Positions 11,840 to 24,623 of a stretch of DNA of 64,000 nt are shown here, piece after piece. Source of the DNA: Isurus oxyrinchus (Eukaryota). Below the pieces are notes generated by a model. That model worked only from the letters and a program-made list of their open reading frames with translations. It was not told the origin of the DNA and did no database searches. The stretch's first letter is position 1, and each line of letters starts with the position of its first letter. The stretch spans positions 10,540,001 through 10,604,000 of the forward strand of contig JANJGN010000031.1 in assembly GCA_026770705.1 (NCBI GenBank). Direction: 5' to 3'. Both the position numbers and the translations under genes were made by a program.

Positions 11840-12142
11840 GACTTGCATTTATATAGTGCCTGCCACGCTCTCACTCCATCCCAAACTGATTGCCAGCCAA
11901 TACAGTACTTAGTATTGTCACTGTTGAAATGTAGGAAATATGGCAGCCAATTTACAGGCTGCATGATCCCACTAAAAGCAATATGGTAATGACCAGATTG
12001 TCTGTTTGTTTTAGGGATGTATTCCTTCAGCACTGCTCTGACAGTGTCAGCCTGAATTATATGCTCAAGTCTCCGGACTGGATCTTGAACATACGACGTT
12101 CTGATTCAGAGGCAAGAGTACCACCCACTGACGCATAAATCC
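11840..12142 (-). mobile_element. DeuSINE-type SINE with a tRNA-derived head
   Basis: Minus head GCGTCAGTGGGTGG...CTCTGAATCAGAAC...GTTCAAGATCC followed by the Deu core. Confidence 0.65.
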
Positions 12143-12391
12143 CAAATTGCGGCCCAGCCTAATATGGCAACGTCTCAGTCTCTGTGACACCAGGTATTCA
12201 GTGTTGTAGACTTGGAGGCCCTGACTTGAGGGAGGGTGGATGGGGAAACACACCTGGGCAGTTCACCAGGTATTGGTGTGGGCTGTAAGGAGGCCCACGG
12301 TTTACTCCCTTGGGAGCAGATACACTTAACCCAGCCTGACTAGGGAATTTTTAATGCCTTTGCCACATTATGTAATATAAAGGTCAAGCTG

Positions 12392-12450
12392 CAGAGGTCA
12401 CACACTACAGAGGTCACACACTACAGAGGTCACGCACCACAGATGTCATA
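12392..12450 (+). repeat. 16-bp tandem repeat CAGAGGTCACACACTA, ~3.5 copies
   Basis: Units start at 12392, 12408, 12424 and (degenerate) 12440. Confidence 0.85.
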
Positions 12451-12689
12451 TTACAGGGCCATGTTTCAATGTCTTAGAGGTGTATATCAGTAAGTAATTC
12501 AGTCATTTCACAGGTTGATTTTGGCCAGTAAACAAGCTGGCAGTTTGAACTGGAATTACAAACACCTGTACATCTGCACACTTCCCCCACTAACAATAAT
12601 TAACCTGTACTTGTCCTTGGAACTTAAGTTAGATCAATTTTTTTACAAGCAAAGCCTGAGCAAAGAGTTTTAAAGGCACAGGCAACATG

Positions 12690-13180
12690 GACTAATTACA
12701 GCACAGGAGGCCATTGTGTCCAGTGAGTCCATGCCAGCTCTCTGTAGAGCAATCCAGACAGCCCCATTCCTATCCCTGTAGTCTTGCAAGTTTAATTCCC
12801 TTAAGTGACCATCCAATTTTCTTTTGAAATCATTCATTGTCTCCAATTCCACCAACCTTGTAGGCAGCGAGTTCCAGGTCATTACCACTCACTGAGTAAA
12901 AAATGTCTTTATCACATCCTCCTGTAGCTCTTGCCCAAACCCTTAAATCATTGTCCCCAAGTCCCTGAACTACCAGCTAATGGGAAACAGTTTATCTTTA
13001 TCCGCCTGATCTAAACATTACATAATCTTGTACACCTCTATCAAATCTCCCCTCAAACTCCATTGCTCCAAGGAGAACAACTCTAACTTATTCAACCTAC
13101 CCTAATAGCTAAATTCCCTCTTCCCCAGAACCATTCTGATAAATCTCCTATGCACCCCCTCAAATACTCTCACATCCTGA
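12690..13180 (-). mobile_element. CR1 LINE 3' fragment
   Basis: Translates to CR1 ORF2 end (WNSLPTRLVELETMNDFKRKLD). Confidence 0.8.
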
Positions 13181-14030
13181 AGTATTCAGATCCCAGGAAC
13201 AACATCATGATTGATCAGCTAGTTAACTTACGTTAGTCCTAGTGTGCATTTTCTCAGAGGCACACTGTTCTCTTTAGGAGTGAAGTCCAATTAGATGGAG
13301 CCCTGTAACTCTCTGACCAGTGCCACTTGGCAGCGATTCAAGCCAGGTTTCACTGCAGCTCAGGCAATTAAATGGGGACATTGCCAAGAAATATGTGAGT
13401 GCTTGTAACACTGACAGGTTTCTCACAGTCACGGGAGAATTTGAAGTCTGCCAAAAAGCTTAAAACCAGTCTAGAAAATCTTCTCCAGTGGTATGTCAGT
13501 AAATGCACTGCCCTCTGGGTTAATGGTCCCTGTTCAGACCTGGGCCTGGGATTTTCGTAAGAAAGAACATGCATTTATAAAGTACCTTTCACAATTTCAG
13601 TTCGTCCCAAAGTGCTTACAGCTAATGGGGTACTTTGAAGCGTGGTCACTGTTGTGATGTGGGAATCATGGCAGCCAATTCGTGCACAGCAAGATCCCAC
13701 ACAAAGTGTCATCCAAAGCCGGCACCTCTGAATGTGCATCACTTCCTCCCTGATGCACTGGAATGTCAGCCTAGATTCTGTGCCCAAGTCTTTGTCTGAG
13801 GGCTTGAGACTGCAACCTTCTGACTAAGAGGTGGAAGGGCCAAGGCAAACATTAATAGCGCTATTCTCAGGCATTAAAGGAAGGGGAAAGTACTTAGGTG
13901 AAGCTAGTTGAAAACATTGTTGGTTTTATTGGTGAAAATATCTTTAAACTGACTGAGCAGGGAAGACAATTCTGAAAAAATTCTGAGATTTGATTTCAAG
14001 GTGACCTATTGGTGGAGCATAAATCTAGAA

Positions 14031-14050
14031 CAGTGCCACCTGGTGGATAC
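14031..14050 (-). promoter_or_regulatory. CTCF core motif
   Basis: Minus CCACCAGGTGGCAC is a full match to CCASYAGRKGGCRS. Confidence 0.5.
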
Positions 14051-14089
14051 ATCAGCAAGCAACAACCATTACAGTTATAATGCATTTGC

Positions 14090-14410
14090 AACAACTTGCA
14101 TTTATATAGCACCTTTAACAAAGTAAAACGTCCCAAGGTACTTTACAGGGGTTTTATAAAATAAAGTTTGACACCAAGCCACATAAGAAGATATCAGACA
14201 AGATGATGAAAAGCCTGATCAAAGAGGTAGCTTTTAAGGAGCATCTTAAAGGAGGAAAGAGAGATGGAAAGATACAGGGAGGGAATTCCAGAACTTAGGA
14301 CATAGGCAGCTGAATGCTGCCAATGATGGAGTGATTAAAATCAGGATTTCTCAAGAAGCCACTATTGGCGGAGCGCAGAAATCTAGCAGAGTTGTAGGGC
14401 TGATGAAGTT
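14090..14410 (-). mobile_element. L2-type element 3' end
   Basis: AACAACTTGCATTTATATAGCACCTTTAAC tail in reverse orientation. Confidence 0.65.
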
Positions 14411-14539
14411 GTAGGGCATTGGCATAAGAATACATTGCAGCAATGGTACAAGTCAGGGTGAAAATATAATCCATTTATGACTTGGGAGTTTCAGAAATCG
14501 TATAAACAGCATTGTAAGCAGTGTAGCTGGAAATATAAA

Positions 14540-15330
14540 ATTACAGGAGATATCAGATTAACTAAATGGGCAAGACTGTGGCAGATGGATTTCAACGTAG
14601 ACAAATGTGAGGTCATCCACTTTGGACCTAAAAAGGATCAAACAGGGGACTTTCTACATGATGAAAAGCTAGAAGCAATGGAAGACCAAAGAGACTTAAG
14701 GGTCCAGGTACATAGATTATTTAAATGTCATGAACACATAAAAAAATAATCAAAAAGGCTAACAGATTGCTAGTCTTTGTATCTAGAGGACTGGAATATA
14801 AGGGGTAGGGGTTATATTTCAGCTGTACAAAGCCCTGGAAGTTGGAGTACTGTGAGCAGTTCTAGAAAGGATATATTAGCCTTGGATAGAGAGCAGCATG
14901 AATTTATTAATCTTACCTGGACTCCAAAGCTTAAGCTCCAAGGAGGGACAAACAGGTTTGTATTCCCTTGAACTTAGAATGTTAAGCGGTGATTTAACCA
15001 AAGTTTTCAAGATATTAAGAGGAATAGATAAGGTGAATAGAGAGAGACTATTTCTGGCTAGGTGGGGAGTCTAGGCCTAGCGAGCTTAGTCAAAAAATCT
15101 AGAGCCAGACCCTGCAAGAGTGAGATTAGGAAACACTTCTTTCCACAAAAGGTGAATCAAGTTTGGAACTCTCTTCTGTAAGGGACAATTGGTGCCAGAT
15201 CACTTGTTAATTTTAAAACTGAGGTTGATAGATTTTTGTTATCCATATGTATTAAGGAATACAGGGCAAAGGCAGGTGGATGGAATTCCGCCACAGTTTC
15301 AAAGAGCCAAATGGCCTCTACCTGCAATGC
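14540..15330 (+). mobile_element. CR1 LINE fragment
   Basis: WQMDFNVDKCEVIHFG motif, continuing to the CR1 tail. Confidence 0.8.
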
Positions 15331-15949
15331 TTCTCGATCTGGTACCCACAGTGGAAGGTAATTCTCAGTTTTATTTCCTTCCCTTTCTAAAGTTTATTCC
15401 TTACAGGCTCACACACTGTCCACATTGAGAGACTGGCATGTCCTGAACTCTGTAATGATGAGGCTGGAAGACAACAGGTACAGTATGTATGACAGCAATG
15501 CAATCACTCTCTGTCTTGGGTAAATGCCTGCCCACCGGATGACTTGCTCAAGACTGGGAACCCAACAGGATGGGGGAAGAGCTCATTTCAAATTGACATC
15601 CGTTATGGATCAGATCTTTTCCCCCAACATTTGCTTTCAATATTTGTCATTACTTTAGTTTTCACAGCCAAGTTATGATCTTTATGACTCTGTTGTATAT
15701 GTATTAGCGTGTGTAAGCTTACAAAGAAAGATCTTGCACTTACATTGAACATTCAATTTATCTCCAATTGCTGTAACTCACTTACCGGAGAGCATGTAGG
15801 ACACCTGCCACATTCTTTCAGACCAATGTGTACAGGGTAAATTACTGGGATCACATCTATTTACAGATGAAATAATATACAGAAGCAAAAAGGAACAGCA
15901 AGATACGAAGTTGCACAACACATGATGGATGCAAAAATGCTTAACGGGT

Positions 15950-16785
15950 ATTTCGAGAGGCTAAGTGAGTGGGTAAAATCTTGGCAGATGGAATACAATT
16001 TGGAGAAATGTGAGGTTATCCACTTTGGTAGGAAAACAGAAAAACAATGTAATACTTAACTGGAGAGGGGCTGGAAAGTGTTGAACTTCAAAGGGACTTG
16101 TGTGTCCTTGTTCATGAATCACTGAAAGCTAACATGCTGGTATAGCAAGCAATTAAGAAGGCAAATGGTGTGTTGGCCTTTATTACAGGAGGATTATAGA
16201 GGGGTAAAGTTATCTTACTGCAATTATATAGTCCTGGTGAGACAACACCTGGAGTATTGCAAGTCTCCTTACCTAAGAAAAGATATACTTGCCATAGAGG
16301 GAGTGCAACAAAGATTCACCAAACTAATTAGCGAGATGAAGAGATTGTCCTATGAAGAAAGGTTAAATAGACTGGCCTTTATTCTCTGGAGTTTAGAAGA
16401 GTGAAAGGTGATCTCATTTAAACATACAAAATTCTCACAGGGCTCAACAGGCTAGATGCAGGATGTTTCCCCTGTTTAGGGGGTTGGGGGAACCTAGAAT
16501 AAGGGGCAGGTCATTTAGGGCTGAGATGAAGAGGAATTTCTTCACCCAGAGGGTGGTGAATCTTTGGAATTCTTTGCCCCAGAGGGCTGTGGAGGCTCAA
16601 TCGTTGAGTATATTCAAGATTGAGATTGGTCGATTTTCACATATTAAAAACATCAAGGGATAGAGGTATAGTGAAGGAAAATGGTGTTGAAGTAGATCAT
16701 CAGCCACAATCTCATTGAATGGCGGAGTGGGCTCGAAGGGCTGAATGGCCTCTACTCCTGCTCTTATTTCTTATGTTGTTATACA
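15950..16785 (+). mobile_element. CR1 LINE 3' fragment
   Basis: RNFFTQRVVNLWNSLPQRAVEA; tail GGGCTGAATGGCC...TTCTTATGTT. Confidence 0.85.
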
Positions 16786-16838
16786 AAACTAAATATGAAT
16801 CTATCCACAAGGGGTTATACTCTGCCTACTGAAGTACT

Positions 16839-16931
16839 GTTGAAGGGTCATGAGGACTCGAAACGTCAACTCTTTTCTTCTCCGCCGATGCTGCCAGACC
16901 TGCTGAGTTTTTCCAGGTAATTCTGTTTTTG
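16839..16931 (+). mobile_element. 93-bp Penelope 3'-end insertion with a 12-bp TSD
   Basis: Matches the Penelope ends at 20173 and 47596; flanked by TACTGAAGTACT at 16827-16838 and 16932-16943. Confidence 0.85.
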
Positions 16932-17184
16932 TACTGAAGTACTAACTGGCCTGCTGTAAATCAACATTTCCTTTAGATACAACAACTATATTTCCTCTTT
17001 TGGAGATCTTCAGGATGAGATTCACATGGGAGACATAAGATCCAGTTCACCCATGGCGCCTGCTGTTCTTACACATTCAAAATATTCTTTGTATGTTCCC
17101 CAAGGTTCCATTTCACATCTTATAGAGGAGATTTTGGTCGCTTGATACTCAATGAAACAGTTTCATAAAATAACATGTTTCTGA

Positions 17185-17790
17185 TTAGGCCTCCGTTGGA
17201 GTCGCATTCTGGACACCACACTTTAAGAAGTCAAAAATGTGCTGAAAAGATTTGCTAGAATAGTACCAAGGACGTAGAATAGTATAATAGAAGGATTTGA
17301 TGTACTGAAGAAAGTGAAGGCGCTGTGTCTTTATTAAAACCTTATCAAGACCTTTGAGAAACTTGAGCATCTAATAAAACTCCGAGAGTTAGATCTGTAT
17401 GACAACCAGATCAATCAATTAAAAAATTCTAGTATATCCAGTTATATGGAGAGTCCAGAGGAGGTTAAGGAACTTTTAATAGGGATGTTCAACATCATTA
17501 AGGGTTTTGATAGAGCAAATAAGGAGAACTGTCTCAGCAGGCAGGAGACAGTTAGTAAATGGGTAGATGCAGAGAGTTACTGTGATCTGAAATTCACTGT
17601 CAGAAAGGACAGCAGAATCAGATTCAATAGTAAATTTCAAAAGATAATTAGATATATACCTGAAAAGGGGAAAAATGCAGGGCTATGGGGAAAGAGCAGG
17701 GATGGTGGAGGAATTAATTGGGTAGGTGTTTCAAAGAACTGGCACGGGGATGATGGGCTGAATGACCTCCAGCTGCACTGTGTGATTTTC
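17185..17790 (+). mobile_element. Degenerate CR1 LINE 3' fragment hosting the PPP1R7 piece
   Basis: CR1 motifs TTCTGGACACCACACTTTAAG and CTAGAATAGTACCAAGG before the insert; CAGTTATATGGAGAG and AAGGGTTTTGATAGAG after it. Confidence 0.65.
17276..17432 (+). pseudogene. PPP1R7: Processed PPP1R7 (SDS22) fragment embedded in a CR1 remnant
   Basis: Frame from 17290 reads EGFDVLKKVKALCLY*NLIKTFEKLEHLIKLRELDLYDNQI; recalled human PPP1R7 is EGFEVLKKVKTLCLRQNLIKCIENLEELQSLRELDLYDNQI; in-frame TAA at 17335. Confidence 0.85.
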
Positions 17791-19074
17791 TAAGTTTGAA
17801 TGCAGGGTGTTACAAGGTTGATCTGTTATAGAAATTGTTAGTTACTTTAAGACAAGAGCATTATGTTGGGACTTAAGTTCACAGCATAACGTTACATTGA
17901 GTCTGACATAAGCTTATGCAAACCAGATTAATCTCTCTAGCAGACATGACTGGCTATGCTCAGCAATTGAGTAATCTGTGCTCAGTCAGAATAAAAATAA
18001 TTCTGATGGAGGAAGGGGGGTCCATCATAAACTTACATTTATTTCGCACCTCATCATACCCTCAGGACAACCCAAGCGTCACTGTTATGTTGGAAAAATC
18101 AGCACTGGGCAAGATCCCACCAATGGCAAATAAGATAAAAGACAAGGTAATCTGTTCTTCGTTGTTTTAGTTGAGGAAAGGATGGTGGTTAAGGCCATTG
18201 AGAGAACTTCTTTCTATCCATGGGCAACGAAGGGCTTGCAATCTGGTTCTTCATGTCATAGAGTTGGCCGCAGCCCTTTAAGGCATTGCCTTTCCGAACT
18301 GACTGAATTTCAGGTGTGCAGATGGGCCCACCAAGGTTAGGCAGTGGATTTGACAAGTCAAGCAGGCCAGTTGTCAAAGCAGGAATTAATTTGCCTGGCC
18401 CAGTAGCACACTTCAGTGCATTAGCTCTGAACCTTTAGAGGGACACTGAATTCAATAAAACTGCCATTACACTGATCAGAATTGTGGCTGGCTTTCAGAT
18501 AAAAAAGTTAAGCAGTTTGCCCTCTCAGGTAGAGATTAAAGAATCCACTGGAATATTAGAAGTGCAGGGGATATATATATATACCCCAACCTTCACTAAA
18601 ATAGATGAGCTGGTCATTCATTTCAGCACGATCTGTGGGAGCTTGTTGTGCACAAATTGGCTGCTGTTTCCTACATTACAACAGTGACTATACAGTAAAA
18701 ATACTTCATTGGCTGTAAAGCACTTTGGGATGTTCTGAGATTATGAAAGGTATTATAAAAATGCAATTGATAAAAATTAACTTCTAATGCAATACTAATG
18801 TGGTAATTTCAGACCAAGTAAAATCAATGTCCCTCACCCACACCCTCCTCCCAACAAACCACAAATTTTCATCAGGCCAAAGTTACAAATACCTGAACTG
18901 CATCCTTGGACAATTGGAAGGTAAATACTAACCCATTACAGTGCAGTACGGAACTGCTAATATTGCCAAGGTCAAACCATTGAAAGAGATTGCTAAATAG
19001 GTTGCAGAAACTTCAATTCCATGTGTTGGGGGGGTGGGGGCTTAAAAAACACAAGCTATGGTGGGACTGGAAAT

Positions 19075-19600
19075 GCGTTCCATCCTCTCACTCATAGGCA
19101 GTCCCTCAGGATCGAGGATGTCTTGCTTCCACTTTGTTCAATGGGTTCTGAGATGACTGACAAGTTCAATGCACAATCTGCAGACTCTGCCATATGCAGG
19201 GCAGACGATGCTTGGATGGTGGGGTAGATGAACTGTTTGGAGACTTGCGCACTCTCTACGACACCTGGACTTCACTCCTGCCTGTTCCTGACAAAGTCTC
19301 TCGAGGTGTTTGGTGCCTTCCCGAATGAACCTTTGGCCAGTCACAAGCTAGGGACTCCCATGAATCAGTGAGGATGTTTGTTCTCTTCAGGGATGCATTG
19401 AGGACATTCCTAAAGCTGTCTGCCTGGAAGTCTCCTGCTGCGAGTGAGTTCTGAGCAGAGCAGTTGTTGCAGGAGTCTGGTGTAAGGCAAATGAACAACA
19501 TATTCTGCCCAGCAGGGTTGGCTTTGAGTGATTAGCACCTTATTGCTGGGCTTGTTGGCTTGGGAGAGGGCACGGTGTTGGACCCCCTTTCTTGCCACTG
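19075..19600 (-). mobile_element. RTE-clade LINE 3' fragment
   Basis: C-terminal zinc-finger-like CPAYGRVCRLCIELVSHLRTH. Confidence 0.6.
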
Positions 19601-19604
19601 GTTT

Positions 19605-20280
19605 TGCAGGACCTTGCAAGAAAGACCCAAACCTCCCTGTCGCTTGCCATTTTAACACTCCACCCTGCTCTCTTGCCCACATGTCTGTCCTTGGCTTGCT
19701 GCATTGTTCCAGTGAAGCCCAATGCAAACTGGAAGAACAGCACCTCATCTTCTGACTAGGCTCTTTACAGCCTTCCGGACTGAATATTGAATTCAACAAT
19801 TTTAGATCTTGAACTCCCTCCTCCATCCCCACACCCTTTCCATTTCTTCCCACTCTTGTTTTTTCCAATAATTTATATAGATTTTTCTTTTCCAATTTCC
19901 ATTATTTTAAATCTATACCTTTTATGCCCGGTTAGTCTTATTCCACCCCACCCCCACTAGAGCTGTACCTTGTGTGCCCTGACATCCATTCTTAATCAGC
20001 ACATTCGTTTAGATATCACCACCTTCAACACCTTTGTTCTTTTGTCTGTGACATCCTTTGATTAACTGCTCCTATCACTGCTTGTTTGTCCCTAAAACCA
20101 CACCCCCCCCTTCGCTCCCCCCAACCCCCCACCTTAAAACAGCTTATATTTCACCCCTCTCCTAATTTCACTCAGTTCTGTTGAAGGGTCATGAGGACTC
20201 GAAACACCAACTTTTTTCTTCTCTGCCGATGCTGCCAGACCTGCTGAGTTTTTCCAGGTAATTCTGTTTTTGTTTTTGTT
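19605..20280 (+). mobile_element. Penelope-like element 3' fragment (hammerhead-like motif at 20173-20213)
   Basis: KKDPNLPVACHFNTPPCSLAHMSVLG; homologous to 46990-47700. Confidence 0.9.
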
Positions 20281-21369
20281 CTAATATAAAATAGTGCCAG
20301 ATCATCAGGACAGAGACTCTCATTCTAGGATTTCCTGGGCACTTGTTGATGCAAGTCAGCCACTGAGGACATAGCCAGCAAATGTCCACAAATCTACAGT
20401 TAAGTAAAGCTGTGAAATATGCGAAAAATTATCAGTGTGAACTATTACTACAACATCTATTTATAAAGCACTTTTAACATAATAAAACATCCCAAGACAC
20501 TTCACAGGAACATTATAAAACAAACTGAGAGCTAAACACATATGGATATATTGGGTCCGATGACAAAAATCTTTTATCAAACAGAAGTTTCTTCCAGGAA
20601 AGTGAGGTAGAGGCGGAGAGGTGTAGGGAGGGAATTCCTGGGCTTAAGGCCCAGGCAAATAAAGGCACAGCTACCAATAATGGGGCAATTATAGTTACTT
20701 AGGATTGAAGCATTAAACTCTTGCTTATCCAGCCTCAAGTAAAAACACAATAAGAAAATGGGCGAAACCTTCCATCAACGATTCTGTTGCAGGATCCCAT
20801 CCCAAATGCCACCGTTCCTAGTTCCTGGCTGCATTTTCCCAGCCTTTTAATTTTTGAATTAACTACCCACAAATTTTCTTTCACTTCCAGTCCACTAGCT
20901 CATCCGTTAAAAGCCAAGAGAAAATCCTACATTTTAAAAAAACACATTAACTGGACTGCAGTAAGTGTGCAAAGGGAGCCATTGCTAAATAAATTCATGC
21001 TTTTGTTGTTTTTAATAACGAAAACTGTTCCCTAGGCAAGCAGGCTACGAATCTACCTCAGACTGTACCAAAAAAACTGGATTCCTTTGAAATAAGCTTG
21101 GAAGCGAACCAATTATGTTAGTGAGCAATTTACCAATATAATTGTGAAATGGAATTACTAAGTCTATAGTACAGGCCCTTCTAGCCCACGACTGTTTAAG
21201 CTCCACATGAGCCTCCATTTGTTAGGGTAATTCAAAGAAATTCAGTGTGTGAGAGAGAAGTACCGAGACATTTGAGATGCAATCAGCACAAGATATTTTT
21301 TCCTTTTGATAATGACAATCCTCAGAATACATATTCGATCGGATTTTTCCTTTACTCAACTCATCTCCA

Positions 21370-22160
21370 ATGTACCCTGAGGATCCACCCCTATAATACT
21401 CCTACTCACCTACACCTTGGTGACATGATCCAGATGATACTGGAGGATTTCTGCCTCCAAAGTCCTTGTTACATTCTCCAATGGCCTGCTCAATATTAAG
21501 ACCCGATGAACCAAATGTTCCTTCTGTTGGCAAAACTGAAGTCATCCTCTTGGGGCTATTATTATCAGCCTTTGCTTCTGGCTTCATTCTGCAGTTCGCC
21601 ATCATCTCTTATTCAGTTAAGAGATGGTTATAGTTAACATGGGATGATTCTCCATCACAAACACACTGCCATGCATACAGGGGTTACCAAGACAATGTAC
21701 CTGCCTCTGCAACACTTCACTCCTATATGTTACTTTGTTGTTAACACGCAACCCACAGCTGAAACAGCCCAAATTCTCAAATGCCCCTCTTGTCTAAAAT
21801 ACTGCAGCCCACATGCACCAGGTCCTATACTCACGCCATCTTTCCCACTTAAAGCCCACTGGATTCCTGTACCTAAGCTAACTTAAGTCCTACCCGATAA
21901 CTCAATGGATTGCCCCTGGCCACTCAAGCCCATTTACCTTCTGCTCTTACCCTGATCCACTGATGGCCCCCTGTTGTATGAAACTCCACGGCCCACTCCC
22001 TGTACCTACCTCCTTACTTTCAAAGGTCTCAAAGCTGTTCTCTTCTGCTATTCTTTTGCTTCCTCCCCAATTCTAACTCTCTCCACTTTTCCCTTTGTAT
22101 TCAACATCTTGATACGGACCTTAATAAAAAATGTTTTGAGACATCTATTGCATACGAGCG
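21370..22160 (+). mobile_element. Old L2 LINE remnant
   Basis: Degenerate GATGATAC (DDT) and AAAACTGAAGTCATC (KTEVI) RT motifs, followed by an L2-like 3' region. Confidence 0.45.
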
Positions 22161-22401
22161 TAATAGACATTGAAGCAGTTGTTGGTTTAGAGTAACCTCT
22201 CCATTGTTCTCTGACCAAGACTAGTTTAGTCTTAAATGCAACACAACTCTGGTGACCAGAAATGTAGCATTGACACCAAGGTGATACAAATGAAGCCATT
22301 CTAGGGGCTTCACTACATATCTCACACTTGCCAGCCTTGCATTATCTCAATCATACCATTATAATACAGAACACATGCTTAAGTTACATTTTAAGCCTTT
22401 T

Positions 22402-22407
22402 TTTATT
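22402..22407 (-). terminator. Probable poly(A) signal of the SRSF7-like gene
   Basis: AATAAA on minus, ~400 nt downstream of the stop codon. Confidence 0.5.
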
Positions 22408-22810
22408 ATTGGGAACTGGGAGGAAAAACTGTAGAGACACAAAATATTTAACCGGTTTGGAAGCTTTAGAAATTCTCAATTGTATAATCTTCGTGACATT
22501 ACCTGGCACACTCTGCAACAAATTCAATGAAGCAGAATCTCTGTACTTTGATAAACGTGTAAAATTTAATACAAAGAAATGCAAGTATTTTTACTGAACC
22601 CTGCCAGTTAATGAGGAAGCTCCATAGAACAGGCTGTACAGTTTGTTTCACAACATTCAATTAATAACATTTACTCGTGCTAAGTGAACAGTAGTAACAC
22701 TTTTCTGTGGAATGCATGCATGTAAAAAGGCACTAAAACATCTAGGTTAGTTAAAAGGTGGTCAGGCGACGAGGGCCCCATTGCCCAGCTATTCACAAAG
22801 TCTTTCCATT

Positions 22811-22865
22811 TCAATCATCTCCTCGAGGACTTGGGCTCTTCCGAGAGCTTTCTGAAGGGGAGCGA
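22811..22865 (-). CDS. SRSF7: SRSF7-like last coding exon: (S)RSPSESSRKSPSPRGDD*
   Basis: Acceptor TTTCTCTCTTTCAG; phase 2; resembles the recalled SRSF7 end SRSPSGSPRRSASPERMD. Confidence 0.9.
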
Positions 22866-24572
22866 CTGAAAGAGAGAAAGAAAAGGAAAACTGCTGTCAA
22901 AGGGGAGCAACAGAACCCACACCCTTTTTGTGTTTGAAAGCCACTGGCCCATCAAGGTAAAATCACAAAGTGAAGCAAATAAAACACTCATCCACAAAGA
23001 AACCAGAAGCTAATTTAAAACAGAATATAGGCAACAGTGATAAGCCAGTATCTATTGCACATCCCTGGCTGCCCTATATTAAGATTGAACGGTGTATCGT
23101 GGAGCAGCAGTCACATGTTCGTATGATGTTAGTGAACAAGTTGGGGTGTTTATGACAATCTGGCAGCATTCTCCGGCATTTTCTGGTGTCAGCCCTTATT
23201 TATCAGTTTTTGAATTCATTTTCACAGCTTGCCAAGGTAGGATTTGAACTTGTGTTGCTTGTCCAGTACAATACCTCCAGCTTACGGTAACCATAACTCA
23301 GGATAAGCTCTAGGGAATTCCTAGTTAACTTCCCAAGACCACCATAAGTGTGCCAGAAGAGCGTGGCTACCTGTGATCCAGTGATTGCAGCTAAATCATG
23401 AACTCGTGAAGGTGGCTGCAGTGATTTTTCACACTCATCTCAGCAGGTTTTTCAGCTCCAGGAACAAAGGCAGGCAAAATAAATGCTTCCTGGCATCTAA
23501 CTTAACTCCAAAGATTTTATAGACATGATCTCTACTTCTGTCAACTCCATCCATCTCAAATAGCCATTAACCAGGTTGCCCAGTGCCTTAATTTTAAAAG
23601 CTTCAAGCCAGGTCCTAACTAACCTTGTGTTTTGTACATAAGTAAATAACCCTAACTCCTGGAATCTTATAATTGAGTTAAGATGCCCATCCAGTAGTTT
23701 ATGACTGCAGTAATTTCACAAAATGTCCAGGGAGCACAACTCCAAATGCAATCCTGTCAATTCAGCTACAAATTGTTACTGCTCTCCAGACAATTGCAGC
23801 TAAGTTCTCACTCTCTCAACTGCAGCTGCTTAATCTTGATTTTCGCATTCATATAAAAAGGACAGGTGTAATGCCAGATTGGGCCCACCAGCCTTTAACA
23901 AAGACAAAGGGCAAATACATTAGTTTCCATCTCATCTCACTGTTAACTATTGACAATATGAGACTCTTGACAGCTCAGACCCAAAATGTTAACTTCTTTT
24001 TTCAAGTTGTCTTTTCACTACAAGAGTAATGAACTAAGTTAGGGAAGGTACATTTGTGCTAACTGAGCTAGAGGTTGGTGTACAGGTAGAGGATAACACG
24101 GAGAAGATAGAACCAACAGCATTCAACTGCAAATTAACTGAAATAGCAGAAAGTTCTGTTTTCCATTCCCTATCTGCTACATAAAGTTACGCTCATCAAA
24201 TGCTGATGCTCGTATCCTATTGAACCCTGCTCAACCATCATCCCTCTCCTTATTGGCTTTCATTGGCTCTCAGCTCCTCCTCCACACACCCAATTTAAAT
24301 ACAAAGCTAATTGCTTAATTCCCTTCATGACCCTGCCCCTCCCTATCTCTACAATCCATTGGTCCCCTGACCACTTGTGCTGTACCTGCCCCCTTGCATC
24401 TACAGCTTGCCGGGTGATTGTAGAGTGGAGGCACATGGGGCACAGTCCAGAATGGCACAATTGGCTAGGCACTCTTTTTTGATTACATCTCACATCATTT
24501 TGCGTCTTTTCTAACGCAAAGGTATTATACAAAATACAAGCTGTGGCTATTTCCCAAGCTGATGGGGCTTAC

Positions 24573-24623
24573 CTTTCTTGCTTAATGGAAAAAGACCTTG
24601 ATCGAGACCTTGATCTTGAAGGG
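24573..24623 (-). CDS. SRSF7: SRSF7-like RS exon (51 nt): (S)PSRSRSRSRSFSIKQE
   Basis: Acceptor TTCTCTTTGTGTCCAG; donor AAG|GTAAGC; symmetric phase 2. Confidence 0.88.

Noticed and set aside
12075-12142. tRNA-like sequence on the minus strand
   Set aside because: It is the head of a SINE joined to a Deu core, and it does not form a full cloverleaf.
15400-15480. Possible plus-strand exon or C/D snoRNA (ATGATGA)
   Set aside because: No nearby D box or terminal stem, no recognisable protein, and the flanking intron would be only ~49 nt.
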